This document shows positions 29,024-39,318 of a stretch of DNA of 64,000 nucleotides, one piece after another. Position 1 is the stretch's first letter. Every line of letters begins with the position of its first letter. The notes beneath the pieces are model-generated. The model worked only from the letters and a program-made list of their open reading frames with translations. It was not told the DNA's origin and searched no databases. A program made the position numbers and the translations under genes. This DNA is from Nitrospinaceae bacterium. GTDB lineage: Bacteria; Nitrospinota; Nitrospinia; Nitrospinales; Nitrospinaceae. The stretch spans positions 128,001 to 192,000 of the forward strand of contig OZ250172.1 in assembly GCA_965237905.1 (NCBI GenBank). The letters run 5' to 3'.

Positions 29024-31447
29024 TCAGGAAGCATTATCGGTGAGAATGGGGATGCTAATCGATTCACCGACCAAAATCTTATTGATATCTTTATCCGGGT
29101 TGTAGTTGCTGAGCAGCCAGAACGGAATGGAATAGACGTCATTGCATATTTCCCACAAGGTCTCACCCTTTTTGAGCTTTCGAGTCACCACTTTCTCCAC
29201 CTGGTAATTCCCAAAAAAATCTTCCTGGATGGCTTTGTGATATTCCTGCCGCTTACGCTCGAATTCTTCGGGAGTGGTCCTTCGGAAAGGAACCTTGATG
29301 GATTGATTGACACGAATTCGGCTGCCTCTTCTTCTCAGATTATTGAGCTGTCGTAATTCTCTTACCGAAAGCCGGGCCCAATCGGCAATATGGCTCAAAG
29401 TCTCGTCGAAATCAATCTTGATCAAGCCCATGCGATAATCTTCCTCGTTATCGGCAATAAATTTTACAGGGCGAAACGCATGACGGTTTTTATTAAGTTG
29501 GAACGCACTGACAATATTCGATAAAGCCTTTCCCACCTCAGAGCTTTTTTCCAAAGGCTCTGTGGTACTGGCCACGATGGTGGCTTCATCCGACTGAACC
29601 CCAGCCATTTGAACTTCCATTTTCGCAGTTTCAGTTTGAACTTCCATTTCTGCAGGTTCAGCTTGAACTTCCACTTCTGCAGTTTCAGTTTGGACTTCCA
29701 CGTCAGCAGTTGCCGCTTGAGCTTCCACTTTCGCAGTTTCAGTTTGGATTTCTACTTTCGTGGTTTCAGCTTGGGATTTCTCCGCCGATGCGGCAGAAGC
29801 CAGTTGCGTTTTAAAATCGGTTCCTGGCTTTGGGACTTTGATGCGTTGGCCAGGCCGGAGGGCATGGGGATTAACCATCTCATTCAGTTTAGCGAGAACG
29901 CTGACATGAACGCCGTGATTCCGTGCTATCCGGGTCAGGGTGTCTCTTCGTCGAACACGGTATTTGACGGTTTCCAAATCGGCTGGAATCACCACCTTCC
30001 CCCAATCCGGCTTGGGATGTTCCACACTGACGACTCGGACCTTTGCACTTTTGTAGGCTTTACCCGGGATCTCCAAAACCTGCCCCTTATAGATCCGGTG
30101 CCCCCTGAGCATATTCATTTCTTTCAATTTCCAGACAGAAGTCCGGTGGCGACGGGCGATGGTGCTTAAGGCATCTCCTCTTCGGACGGTATACCAGCGA
30201 ACACGAACCTGTTTGTTCAATTTTAAATCTTCAGGGATCGAGGCGTATTGCACATTAAGATCCAAATTTCGGTCGGGAGGCGCCTTGAATAAGTAATCTT
30301 TAGGAATTCTTTTTTTGCCGGAAATAACGGGCCGCCGCAAGGAAGGATTGTATTCGGCGATTTCTTTCCGGCTCATCTCAAAATGTTTCACCAACGTAGA
30401 GATATGAACATAATCCTCGATGGGTATCTCAACAAATGTAAAAGGTTCATTCATGACAATCCCCGGAAAATACTGACGGGGATACTTGCTCACTTCAAGA
30501 GCGGCCATGAATTCCGAAAAAAAGTTTTTGGAGGCAAAACCAAACCTTCGACTTCGGTAGTTATCAATAATTTTAACGATGTCATCTCCGTGCCTTCTTT
30601 TGGCCCGTTTCATTCCATTCAGCCCATGATTGTAGGCGGTGATGGCGAGAGGCCAACTCTGCAATTTCTTGTAATTATGTTTCAGAAGTTTAGCGGCGGC
30701 ATAGGCGGCGATAATAGGATCTCTACGTTCGTCCACTTCATAGCCCACCTTCATATAAAGACGACCGGTACTGCGGGTGAATTGCCAGATTCCTGCGGCC
30801 CCTGCGCTAGAATAGGCATGCATTTGGAAAGACGATTCCACATGAGGTAAAACGGCCAATTCTTCCGGCACTCCGACTTCCTTGAAAACCCTTTTGATTT
30901 CTTTCATGAAGAGGCCGGACTTCCTCAAACCCTCTTCAAAGCGATCTCTTTGCCCCAACTGGCTCCGAATATTCCGTGAAGCTTTGATGAAATTCTTTCC
31001 GACCAAATTCAAGATGCGTTCTTCTTCCGGGGTCAGATTGACTCTATTTTTGACTCGAGCGAGCTTGCGTAGAATTTTCTGGAATTTTCTGACGTGGGGC
31101 TTTAATTTGCGGTGACGGGCTCTGGAAGACAGATTCCTGTCGCCCAGGTAAACCACATCGTAAATAATATCGAGATTATCCTCGTCGTGGATGATGGCGT
31201 GCTGGGTCGAATACTGCGTGTAAACTTTTTTCCAAAAATTGACCCGGCTTTCGAGAGCCGTTGGAACAGTAAAATCGAATTCTTCTGTTTCGAATTCACC
31301 GGGAAAGGTAGCGAAGGCGGGAGAAGCACCTACCCAAAATAGCAAAAGAATAGCAACAAGTCTAAGTGAGATAGTTTTAATCAAAACAGAATGCCTTTCA
31401 AAAAATATCGTTTTCCTCGGCCGAAATCTTCGACAGGAAAAACACAA
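29024..31447 (-). CDS. MltD-like lytic transglycosylase with multiple LysM domains
   Basis: VESSF..A.S.AGAAGIWQF and AYNHG (SLT domain). LysM repeats YTVRRGDAL and YRVRRRDTL. Start uncertain. Confidence 0.9.
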   Translation of the reverse strand: MCFSCRRFRPRKTIFFERHSVLIKTISLRLVAILLLFWVGASPAFATFPGEFETEEFDFTVPTALESRVNFWKKVYTQYSTQHAIIHDEDNLDIIYDVVYLGDRNLSSRARHRKLKPHVRKFQKILRKLARVKNRVNLTPEEERILNLVGKNFIKASRNIRSQLGQRDRFEEGLRKSGLFMKEIKRVFKEVGVPEELAVLPHVESSFQMHAYSSAGAAGIWQFTRSTGRLYMKVGYEVDERRDPIIAAYAAAKLLKHNYKKLQSWPLAITAYNHGLNGMKRAKRRHGDDIVKIIDNYRSRRFGFASKNFFSEFMAALEVSKYPRQYFPGIVMNEPFTFVEIPIEDYVHISTLVKHFEMSRKEIAEYNPSLRRPVISGKKRIPKDYLFKAPPDRNLDLNVQYASIPEDLKLNKQVRVRWYTVRRGDALSTIARRHRTSVWKLKEMNMLRGHRIYKGQVLEIPGKAYKSAKVRVVSVEHPKPDWGKVVIPADLETVKYRVRRRDTLTRIARNHGVHVSVLAKLNEMVNPHALRPGQRIKVPKPGTDFKTQLASAASAEKSQAETTKVEIQTETAKVEAQAATADVEVQTETAEVEVQAEPAEMEVQTETAKMEVQMAGVQSDEATIVASTTEPLEKSSEVGKALSNIVSAFQLNKNRHAFRPVKFIADNEEDYRMGLIKIDFDETLSHIADWARLSVRELRQLNNLRRRGSRIRVNQSIKVPFRRTTPEEFERKRQEYHKAIQEDFFGNYQVEKVVTRKLKKGETLWEICNDVYSIPFWLLSNYNPDKDINKILVGESISIPILTDNAS
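29606..29767 (-). repeat. Coding tandem repeat, 6 x 27 nt (9-aa unit) in the linker of the LysM transglycosylase
   Basis: ETTKVEIQT/ETAKVEAQA/ATADVEVQT/ETAEVEVQA/EPAEMEVQT/ETAKMEVQM. Confidence 0.9.
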
Positions 31448-31552
31448 TTTCAGCAGGATAGCCCAATAATTTTTAAAAGGTTTGTCTCACTGTGAACAAA
31501 ACCCTTCAAATTCCAAAAATCGCGAGAAATACTCACAAATCCTTGTTTTTTA

Positions 31553-31581
31553 AGAATAACAAACGCCTCAGAGGGAGTCAA
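31553..31581 (-). promoter_or_regulatory. Putative sigma70 promoter for the LysM transglycosylase
   Basis: Minus strand TTGACT-17 nt-TATTCT. Confidence 0.5.
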
Positions 31582-31651
31582 CCGCTTTAATATTCAACAA
31601 AAAACAGGATAAGAAATGGCAGAAAAAGGACTGAAAAACATTGAAAAATGG

Positions 31652-31951
31652 TTAGGTAGATTTACCGGGGAAACTCTGATATTTGGTATTCAATTTATAG
31701 ACAAACGCCAGAAGTTCGGCCACTACTTTATAAACCGATGGAGGAATTTCCTTGTTGATATCCACCTGGGAAAGAATTTGAACCAGATCCGGGTCCTCTT
31801 TGATGGGTACCTGGTTTTCTTTGGCCAATTCGATGATGCGCTCGGCGACTAACCCCTCACCTTTGGCCGTCACTCTGGGAGCAACGTCTGTCTCCGTATG
31901 ATATTTCAAAGCCACAGCGGATTTCAGTTTTTTGTTTTTTCGCCTGCTCAT
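31652..31951 (-). CDS. FlhB C-terminal-like protein (EscU/YscU/HrcU family, YlqH-like)
   Basis: AVALKY...APRVTAKGEGLVAERII..A and EIPP.VY..VAELLAFVY. Confidence 0.9.
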   Translation of the reverse strand: MSRRKNKKLKSAVALKYHTETDVAPRVTAKGEGLVAERIIELAKENQVPIKEDPDLVQILSQVDINKEIPPSVYKVVAELLAFVYKLNTKYQSFPGKST

Positions 31952-33564
31952 GTTTTAAGGTCCACCATTTGCAGAGGAGTATCGATCAGCAATTGACCCA
32001 GACTGTCGGGGACTTCCATCGAAACTTCGGTTTGGTGCCGACTGGTCACGCTGATGGAAAATCCTTCTTCCTGAAACAAATTCTCCAGTTCTGGCGCATG
32101 CGTCTGAATAAATTGAACGGCATCGGAGTTGGAGCCGGTGATGAGAATCGAAATTTCATCTTTGAATATCTTGGTTTCAATTCGCAGATCTCCCAATGCC
32201 GAAAGATTGAGCAGGAAAACCAAATTAAAAACCCGATTAAGAGAATCGGATCCCTGACCTGCACCCTCTCTTTGATCGGAAAGAATATAAATTCTAAACC
32301 GATCCTCTTCGCCCAGAAGATTTTCCGGAAGTTGCAACAGCAGTGGATGATTTTCCTCTTTGGAAAAATGATGAGTGAGCTGTTGCAATTCTATATTGTT
32401 GACAGCTTGATTCACCTGCACCATCAACTTTCCAATAAATTTATCAGAAGCGGTGTTATCCGTTGCTCCGGTGGGAATCTGCTCCAACTGCCGGGCGAGG
32501 CGCATCAATTGTCCTTTTAAGTCATTCTCTAAAAGAACATTTTTATTGGAGAGACCAGGCTCCGACACAAAGTCTTTTACCTTGGCCTCGTAATGAAACC
32601 CGCTCCGGTCTACAATTTCTTTCAACTGGACTGCGTCGGGTGCTTTGAATTCTCCGGAAACTATCTTTTGAAGATTGACTTGCAGTTGTTTCAATTGTCC
32701 TGGGTCGATATTCAATGTTTTTAATTGAGTCAGCGGACCCTTCAGAAATACGTCTTTGAGGCCTGCAAGCACCTGGATCAGAGGTTGCCGCGCCGGAAGA
32801 TAATTTTTTAAAACAGACGCGTCAAGAGAAGGCCGGGCGGTGGAAGACGGGATGGATATCTGCTCCACTTCCAGCACAAACTTCCCTGAAGCGATGGACT
32901 TGGCATGAATGGTTACAGGCTCGCTGGGCTGTAACTTTTGCGAAGCGGCATGTTTTATGGTCACCGCATTCCCGTTGAAGCGAACCTGAAGGGTTTCCCG
33001 ATCCACCACACGTAGAACCTCCGCTTTTCCTTTTTGTCCCACCTCGATACCCAGGCGTTTTAAATCTGCCTTTGAAAGCGGATCGATCACCTTCGCATTC
33101 AGTGCGGCTTGTTCGGTTTTGACACCCGGCGCTACATCTTTGTCTAGTACCGGTGCTCCCACATGAGAATCAGCCGATCGGTTTTGAAGGAACGTTTTGT
33201 CAAATGCTTGTGTGTTTAAAGGTGGCGGTTCTTTGGCCAGACTGCCCGGAGCAATTTTTTGTGAAGAGGAGAGAGAAGAAAGCTCCGTCAATTTTAATAT
33301 GGGGCTGGGGTGGATCTGCTCAATTTTGATTGCAATATTTTGACCCGGATTGACCGGACGTGGAAACTGCAATAAAAGTTTTTCTCCCTGAAGCTCGACC
33401 ACAGCCTTTTGTTCCGGCAATACCTGAATCACTTTCCCCGGAAGAGTCTGGCCGGTAGAATAACTTCGGATGAACGCATCCAGCTTGATGGTCTCAAGCT
33501 TGAGCGACAGCGCGTTGGAAAAAATCGGGCGAAGGGTATTGGGAGAAAGATTATCGGACAGCAT
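31948..33564 (-). CDS. Flagellar hook-length control FliK-like protein
   Basis: C-terminal LNLSALGDLRI...L...F..EGF FliK-type domain. Directly upstream of the FlhB-like gene, a commonly seen pairing. Confidence 0.6.
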   Translation of the reverse strand: MLSDNLSPNTLRPIFSNALSLKLETIKLDAFIRSYSTGQTLPGKVIQVLPEQKAVVELQGEKLLLQFPRPVNPGQNIAIKIEQIHPSPILKLTELSSLSSSQKIAPGSLAKEPPPLNTQAFDKTFLQNRSADSHVGAPVLDKDVAPGVKTEQAALNAKVIDPLSKADLKRLGIEVGQKGKAEVLRVVDRETLQVRFNGNAVTIKHAASQKLQPSEPVTIHAKSIASGKFVLEVEQISIPSSTARPSLDASVLKNYLPARQPLIQVLAGLKDVFLKGPLTQLKTLNIDPGQLKQLQVNLQKIVSGEFKAPDAVQLKEIVDRSGFHYEAKVKDFVSEPGLSNKNVLLENDLKGQLMRLARQLEQIPTGATDNTASDKFIGKLMVQVNQAVNNIELQQLTHHFSKEENHPLLLQLPENLLGEEDRFRIYILSDQREGAGQGSDSLNRVFNLVFLLNLSALGDLRIETKIFKDEISILITGSNSDAVQFIQTHAPELENLFQEEGFSISVTSRHQTEVSMEVPDSLGQLLIDTPLQMVDLKT

Positions 33565-33584
33565 AAGCCGGGAAAAGTTTTGGG

Positions 33585-33917
33585 TTATACCACAATATCA
33601 AGATTGGACCCCTGGCTTTCGCCCACGGTTCCTCGGGGTGGTAGATTCCCTTTTCCTTCTTTATCGGCATTTTGAGTGGTTTTCTTGAAGCGAAGGCGTC
33701 TCCTGCCGCGGCCACTTTCATCTGGATTGGTCGGCTCTGCTGGATTAGTTCCTTCAGGGTCTTGTAATTCAGTGCGTTTGGCTTCATCCAATAAAACGCG
33801 TTCCTGATTCTGAATCTGATCGGCGGCAAGATGGAGTACCTGCTGGGCCTGCACCTTTTCCACGGCAGAACTCATCTGCAAAACCTGCTGCATATTAGTG
33901 GGTTCAATGACGGGCAT
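33585..33917 (-). CDS. Hypothetical protein (flagellar-locus associated)
   Basis: Gln-rich N-terminus and C-terminal G..LDIVV motif. Co-oriented with the fliK-like gene. Confidence 0.65.
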   Translation of the reverse strand: MPVIEPTNMQQVLQMSSAVEKVQAQQVLHLAADQIQNQERVLLDEAKRTELQDPEGTNPAEPTNPDESGRGRRRLRFKKTTQNADKEGKGNLPPRGTVGESQGSNLDIVV

Positions 33918-34009
33918 GACAATAACCACTTTTTTAATAATGGTTTATATACTCTTAATATACAACCTTGACTAGGGATGTCAAGGCGAGCCCTACTCAC
34001 AAACAAGGC

Positions 34010-34633
34010 TCAGGAGGGGCTGATAATAAACTCGGTAAAAATGATATTGGTAATCGTACCCGTTCCACTCAACAGAAAAGAATTGGAGGCCGTCAGAATT
34101 TCTCTTTTAATCTTTTCTTCAATTTTAACTCCCCCTTTTTCAAAATCTTTAAACTTTTTTCGGCTGATCACGGCGTACACACTCTGACGAATTAAAGGCC
34201 GGGCTTTGTCGATATCTTTGCGGAGTCTGCGATTGCTCAACACGAGATGCGCGGTCACATGAAGGAATTTTCCTGTTTCCTTGTTCTTGCTGAGGATAGG
34301 GACAAAAAATGGTTCGAGGGGATAAATATTGGGTTTTTGAACTTGAATGGTCGAGGGAATCAAATCTCGAACCGGTGTCTGCTCCATCGTAGAAACCTGG
34401 GATACCTCCGAACTGCTTTCCATTAAACTCAATACTCCCCAACCGGCTCCCCAGATCAACAGAATAGCCACCGCCAATCCCAAAAACAGCTTTGGATTGA
34501 GAAATCTCTTTAAAGGATGGGTTTGAAGGATTTTTTCTTCAGCCCTCTCCTCTTCTTCCCTTAACAGGCGCTCGATTTCTTCCGCTTCACGCAAGTCAAG
34601 ATCCGGCACCTGTCCTAATCTTTCCTGAGCCAT
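34010..34633 (-). CDS. fliL: Flagellar basal body-associated FliL family protein
   Basis: Single TM segment, YPLEPFFV, PLIR and C-terminal ITNIIFTEFII. Confidence 0.75.
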   Translation of the reverse strand: MAQERLGQVPDLDLREAEEIERLLREEEERAEEKILQTHPLKRFLNPKLFLGLAVAILLIWGAGWGVLSLMESSSEVSQVSTMEQTPVRDLIPSTIQVQKPNIYPLEPFFVPILSKNKETGKFLHVTAHLVLSNRRLRKDIDKARPLIRQSVYAVISRKKFKDFEKGGVKIEEKIKREILTASNSFLLSGTGTITNIIFTEFIISPS

Positions 34634-34638
34634 AATCG

Positions 34639-35247
34639 TTAAACCGCCAACTGTTTCAATTGATGGAACAATGCCTCTACCTTTTCCTTCAATTCGGATA
34701 ACCCTGAATCATTGTGAAGTACATAATCGGCAAATTTGATTTTCTCTTCAAGAGGCATCTGTTGTTGTAATCGTCTTTGGGCATCTTCCCGTGAAAACGT
34801 ATTTTTGGCCATGATCCTATGAAGCTGGGTTTCCTCATCGCAGGCAATCACAATCACCTTATCTACTTTACGGTAATTTTCCGATTCAATTAACAGGGCC
34901 GCATCAATTATTACCAATGCTCCGGGATCGTCTTTCAGGATATCCTTATAAATAGCCTGTTCTTCCGCCATCACCCGCGGGTGAAGAATGATCTCCAGCG
35001 CCTTTTTTTTCTCCGGATCATTAAAGACGATATCCGCGACTTTTCGGCGATCCAAGGTTTGGTCGTCCTTTAAAATGCCGTTGCCCAATAAATCCACAAT
35101 TTCCCGCCACGCCGGCTTTTCAGGTTCTACCAGGGACCGGCATATCTCATCCGCATCCAGAACGCGGGCACCCAATGCTTTAAATAATTTTGCGACAGTC
35201 GTTTTTCCGGAACCCATGCCGCCGGTCAGACCCGCCAAAAGAGCCAC
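34639..35247 (-). CDS. coaE: Dephospho-CoA kinase
   Basis: GLTGGMGSGKTT, DADEI, LDRRK, ILHPRV and ADYVLHN motifs. Confidence 0.95.
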   Translation of the reverse strand: MALLAGLTGGMGSGKTTVAKLFKALGARVLDADEICRSLVEPEKPAWREIVDLLGNGILKDDQTLDRRKVADIVFNDPEKKKALEIILHPRVMAEEQAIYKDILKDDPGALVIIDAALLIESENYRKVDKVIVIACDEETQLHRIMAKNTFSREDAQRRLQQQMPLEEKIKFADYVLHNDSGLSELKEKVEALFHQLKQLAV

Positions 35248-35279
35248 AATGCCTCCAGAGATTATTTAAGGAAATTCGA

Positions 35280-36134
35280 TTATAAGGATTTCAGGACGTC
35301 CTGATAAAGCCGCATCATCATTTTGGTAATGGGTCCCGGCTTGCCGTTTCCGATGGGTCTACCATCCAACGAGGTAACCGGCATAACCATTTTAACGGTA
35401 CCCGTGATGAAGGCTTCCTCCGCATTTTGGAGAACATCGGGAGGCCACTCCCCTTCTTCCACCAGCACGCCATTTTCACGGGCCAATCGAAGAACCACTT
35501 CCCGTGTGATCCCGGATAGAATACCGCAATCCGACGAAGGGGTCATCAGGCGCTGGTCACGGACAAAAAAGAAGTTGCTGGTGGTGCACTCGGTCAATTG
35601 TCCGGTCGGGTTCAGCATCAACGCGTCCGCCGCACCCGCTTTTCGGGCTTCCACCTTGGCCAGAACGTTATTGAGATAATTTCCGGTTTTGATTCCCGGA
35701 TTGAGCGCTTCCTTGGGATTTCTCTTAACGGAAACCAACGCGACTTTGATCCCATTCATATAATTCTCTTCGGGATATTGCAGGATGGATTTGACAAATA
35801 TCAGGACATTCGGCTCGGTGCAGGTTTCGGGGTCGATATCCATCTCCCCTACCCCACGGGTGACGATAACCCGGATGTAGGATTCCGGGTTCCCCGCCGC
35901 CTCCACCGTTTTATGAATTTCCTGCATCATTTGTTCGTCGGTGAGAGGAATTTCCAAAGAAATTGCGCTGGCGGAACTTCTCAATCGCCGCAAGTGTTCA
36001 TTGACAAAACACAAGTGTCCATGATGCGTACTGATCACTTCATAGACGCTGTCCCCAAACAGAAACCCATGGTCAAAAACCGAGATATGCGCATCCGGGT
36101 GAATTTCACCATTTAAATTAATTCGAGTGGTCAT
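35280..36134 (-). CDS. Class IV aminotransferase (branched-chain/D-amino acid type)
   Basis: DHGFLFGDSVYE, KTGNYL, ECTTSN and LSGITR motifs. Confidence 0.88.
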   Translation of the reverse strand: MTTRINLNGEIHPDAHISVFDHGFLFGDSVYEVISTHHGHLCFVNEHLRRLRSSASAISLEIPLTDEQMMQEIHKTVEAAGNPESYIRVIVTRGVGEMDIDPETCTEPNVLIFVKSILQYPEENYMNGIKVALVSVKRNPKEALNPGIKTGNYLNNVLAKVEARKAGAADALMLNPTGQLTECTTSNFFFVRDQRLMTPSSDCGILSGITREVVLRLARENGVLVEEGEWPPDVLQNAEEAFITGTVKMVMPVTSLDGRPIGNGKPGPITKMMMRLYQDVLKSL

Positions 36135-36203
36135 AGTGGATGTCGTTCAAGGAAGGAAAATTTATCTTGAAAAGATGGGCTTGGAGATTTCTTAAGTTTC
36201 TAA

Positions 36204-36890
36204 TTATTGATTGTCGGCAATTTCGTTAAGGATCTTATCCAGTTTTTCACGATCCTCTTCCGTATAATCATCCTGCGGCGGCGAATCCAAACGGGTCAAA
36301 GCAGACGTTTTCTCCTGCAGTTCTTTCTTCTGTTTGGCCATGTGTTCTGTAATTCCCTCCATATCGGGTATCTGTCGCCGCATCCCCTTTAAAGAACCGG
36401 GCATGCTACGGTTGAATCCGGGCTCCAGCTCGACGCTTTCCCGGATATCGTCGACCCAATCTTCCAGGTAAGGAGCCACCAGGGAATCTTCGGTCCAACG
36501 GGCGTAGGACTCGTCGAACCATTGCAGGGGAAACATGAAGACAATCATCAGAAGGATTCCCTTGGCCATCCCAAAAAAACCGCCCAGGAAACGGTCCCAT
36601 CCCGAAATGGTATGAGTTGAATGCAGGTATTTTTTGACCATGCGCCCCAACAGGGCAACACACAGCAGGCCAACTATAAATAAGATGATAAAACTAAGAA
36701 TATCGGCCAAGGTCTCTTCGGTAATCACTCCGCCAATCACGACGGCCAAATTCGAATACAGATTCAACGCCACCAGATAGGCCACGACCAAAGCCACCAG
36801 GGAAAAGGCTTCCCTCACCATACCCTTCCAAACGGAATAGAGAATGCTTAAACCGATGATGATGAACGCAAAGACATCGAATGAAATCAT
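36204..36890 (-). CDS. cvpA: CvpA family membrane protein
   Basis: KGMVREAFSL and DRFLGGFFGMAKG motifs, four TM segments. Confidence 0.85.
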   Translation of the reverse strand: MISFDVFAFIIIGLSILYSVWKGMVREAFSLVALVVAYLVALNLYSNLAVVIGGVITEETLADILSFIILFIVGLLCVALLGRMVKKYLHSTHTISGWDRFLGGFFGMAKGILLMIVFMFPLQWFDESYARWTEDSLVAPYLEDWVDDIRESVELEPGFNRSMPGSLKGMRRQIPDMEGITEHMAKQKKELQEKTSALTRLDSPPQDDYTEEDREKLDKILNEIADNQ

Positions 36891-36891
36891 T

Positions 36892-39318
36892 TCAATTGTT
36901 CCTGACGGTCAAGATGCTCTGAAAATCATGGATTCCGCCCTCTCCATACAGGGTTTTGTAAATCACATAATTTCTCAGGACTTTTTTAACGTAGTTCCGG
37001 GTTTCCTTGTAAGGGATGCTTTCCATGAATTCCAGTGACTTCAAATGGGAACGGATCTCCATCCACTGTTTGACTTTACTCGGACCGGCATTGTAGGACG
37101 CCAGTGCAAATATAATATTATCCTCAAAGTTGTTCAACAATCCACTCAGATATTTTACACCTAATTGGATATTAACTTCAGGTTTTTTCAGGTCATTTTG
37201 GTCTGGAGGTTCTGCCCCCATGGAACGTGCCACCCGCGTGGCAGTGCTGGGAAGCAATTGCATCAAACCGATGGCGCGGGCGGAGGAAACCACTTTCTTG
37301 TTGAAGGCGCTTTCCTGACGCATCAACGCCAGCATCAAATAGGGGCTCAATTTGTATTGCGAGCTTTCCTGTTTCGCTTTTTCAATATACGGTTTGGGAA
37401 AAAGAATTTCTGCGAGGGACGGCGAAATGGAATCATGGCGATTTTTACTGGAGATTCCCCAGGATAAACTGATGGCCCTTTGATATCCGCCGGCTTTTTT
37501 AAACAATTGCGCCATATAATATAAAAACTCCTGGTTATCTCCCTCCTGGGGGATCACCGAAAGTTCCTTCATACCCATTTCCAGAAATCCTATAGAAATC
37601 AATTTTTCCGCCCGGTTAATCCGCTTTCGATTGATATCTCCCAATCCCCATTTGCGCGGAGAGGATTTCTGGATGGAACGGGGTTCCAGGAAATTCAGAG
37701 GTTGCATGGACATTTCTATTCTTGCGACCATGGCATAAAAATCCATAGGAAATCTTTCCACCAACTGCTTGAGAAATACGACCCTCGATTCATAGTTTTC
37801 TAATTCACGTTCCGTTTCCGCCAGCCAGTATAAGGCCGCAGGACGAAAGTCATCCGGTTCCTGAAAACCATTGCCCAGGTTTCTAAACTTTTCAGGTTTA
37901 GCGTACTTCAATAATTTGTTAAACCCGGCTTTGGCTTCTTCCAACTGCCCTTGTAGCCGATGCAACCAGGGAATTTTAAATTGGGCGGAAGGCGTGAAAT
38001 AACCCCAATTGTATTTGTCCAGGAGCTTTTCGTAATAATCAATGGCCTTCGGGTATCGATGGTTGTCTTCCTCAATCCTTCCCATAAAATATAAAGCTTT
38101 ATGACAGGCCAGGGTTTCGGTGGGATGATTGTCGAGAATCTTTTGATAAACCAACTGGGCGGTATCGGGAAATCCGCTTTCCCATAGACGGCTGGCCAGT
38201 TTGTTCACATAATAAACAGGGTATAGATCCACCAGGCGATCCATTCCATCACTCCATTGCTCCTTCTGAACCTTTTTCAAAATGGCGTGATTGACATGGT
38301 TAAAAATCCCTTTGGTATTGTCATCCCCGGGAAATTCCTTGAGCACTTTCTCGCCATATTCCACAATTTTTGGGGAATCGCCACTACTTAAAGCGTGGTA
38401 CAGGCGGTCGAAGGTCTCATTATTGGTATGAGGCCACTGGGGGATTTTTCGCGCCACGGACTTCTTTCGCGGACCGCCTTCTTTTCTTTTAACTTTTAAT
38501 AGTTTTTTTAATTGCCTGCCACTGCCATTAGCTGCCTCCAAAGCCTTCCGATTATTTTTAAGAAAAGTAATCGCCGCATTTGTGGTTTGGATTGAGGAAA
38601 AATTGTTTAAAAGATAAATATGAGTATCCGCCGCTTCGTTCAGATCGGCTCCAGCCTCATAAGTTCGAGCTAAGGCAGTGTAGATTTTTAAATGGGTTTC
38701 TTTATAATTCGGATATTCACGCGCCAGAGCATTGTTATAACTATTCCAAGCTGCAGGATAATCCGCTTTTTTGAAATAAATATCTCCCAATTGAGTTTCG
38801 ATTTGCGCCAGGATTGGGGGTACATCTTCATGAAAGGGACTTGAAGGAAAGCTTTTGAATAGGATCATTTGATTTTTAATTGCTTCTTTTAAATATTCGA
38901 TCGCCTGATCAAAGTCATCTTCTTGGGCGCTCTCTTCCGCCAAAGCGCGCAACGCAACGGTTAGAAAATAGGTTCTGAAATCCTCTAAAATAAACTCTTC
39001 ATTTACTTCTTCATCTAAAATCTCAAACGCTTTTTTATAATTCTTTTGAAGCAGATGAATATAGGAAATGCCTAAATGAATTAGATTATTTTGGGTTGGA
39101 GATTCCGCCTGGTCGCGGGCATCCATAAATTTCTGCAAAACAAGCTCCCTGTCGTTGGGGCTCAGATTTTTTAAACTGGGAATTTCTTCTTTAAATAAAA
39201 AGTCGGCGGGAAAGGTTTTTCCGGTTCCAAATACATCCAAATGGTCGGCAAGGGCGGGTAAGGGACAAAGCCCCAAAAGCATCAACAGAATGAAAAACGA
39301 TCGTCTAATAATTTTCAT
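36892..39318 (-). CDS. Slt70-like soluble lytic transglycosylase with TPR/helical repeats
   Basis: MRQESAF, GLMQLLP.TA, ASYNAGP and ESIPYKETRNYVKKV motifs. Signal peptide. Confidence 0.9.
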   Translation of the reverse strand: MKIIRRSFFILLMLLGLCPLPALADHLDVFGTGKTFPADFLFKEEIPSLKNLSPNDRELVLQKFMDARDQAESPTQNNLIHLGISYIHLLQKNYKKAFEILDEEVNEEFILEDFRTYFLTVALRALAEESAQEDDFDQAIEYLKEAIKNQMILFKSFPSSPFHEDVPPILAQIETQLGDIYFKKADYPAAWNSYNNALAREYPNYKETHLKIYTALARTYEAGADLNEAADTHIYLLNNFSSIQTTNAAITFLKNNRKALEAANGSGRQLKKLLKVKRKEGGPRKKSVARKIPQWPHTNNETFDRLYHALSSGDSPKIVEYGEKVLKEFPGDDNTKGIFNHVNHAILKKVQKEQWSDGMDRLVDLYPVYYVNKLASRLWESGFPDTAQLVYQKILDNHPTETLACHKALYFMGRIEEDNHRYPKAIDYYEKLLDKYNWGYFTPSAQFKIPWLHRLQGQLEEAKAGFNKLLKYAKPEKFRNLGNGFQEPDDFRPAALYWLAETERELENYESRVVFLKQLVERFPMDFYAMVARIEMSMQPLNFLEPRSIQKSSPRKWGLGDINRKRINRAEKLISIGFLEMGMKELSVIPQEGDNQEFLYYMAQLFKKAGGYQRAISLSWGISSKNRHDSISPSLAEILFPKPYIEKAKQESSQYKLSPYLMLALMRQESAFNKKVVSSARAIGLMQLLPSTATRVARSMGAEPPDQNDLKKPEVNIQLGVKYLSGLLNNFEDNIIFALASYNAGPSKVKQWMEIRSHLKSLEFMESIPYKETRNYVKKVLRNYVIYKTLYGEGGIHDFQSILTVRNN

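Noticed and set aside
29606..29767. Possible CRISPR array
   Set aside because: Units are contiguous, in-frame and coding, with no unique spacers and no cas genes.
31470..31512. Hairpin in the leader of the LysM transglycosylase as a riboswitch
   Set aside because: Only one imperfect stem, and I could not match conserved motifs of c-di-GMP or other riboswitch classes.
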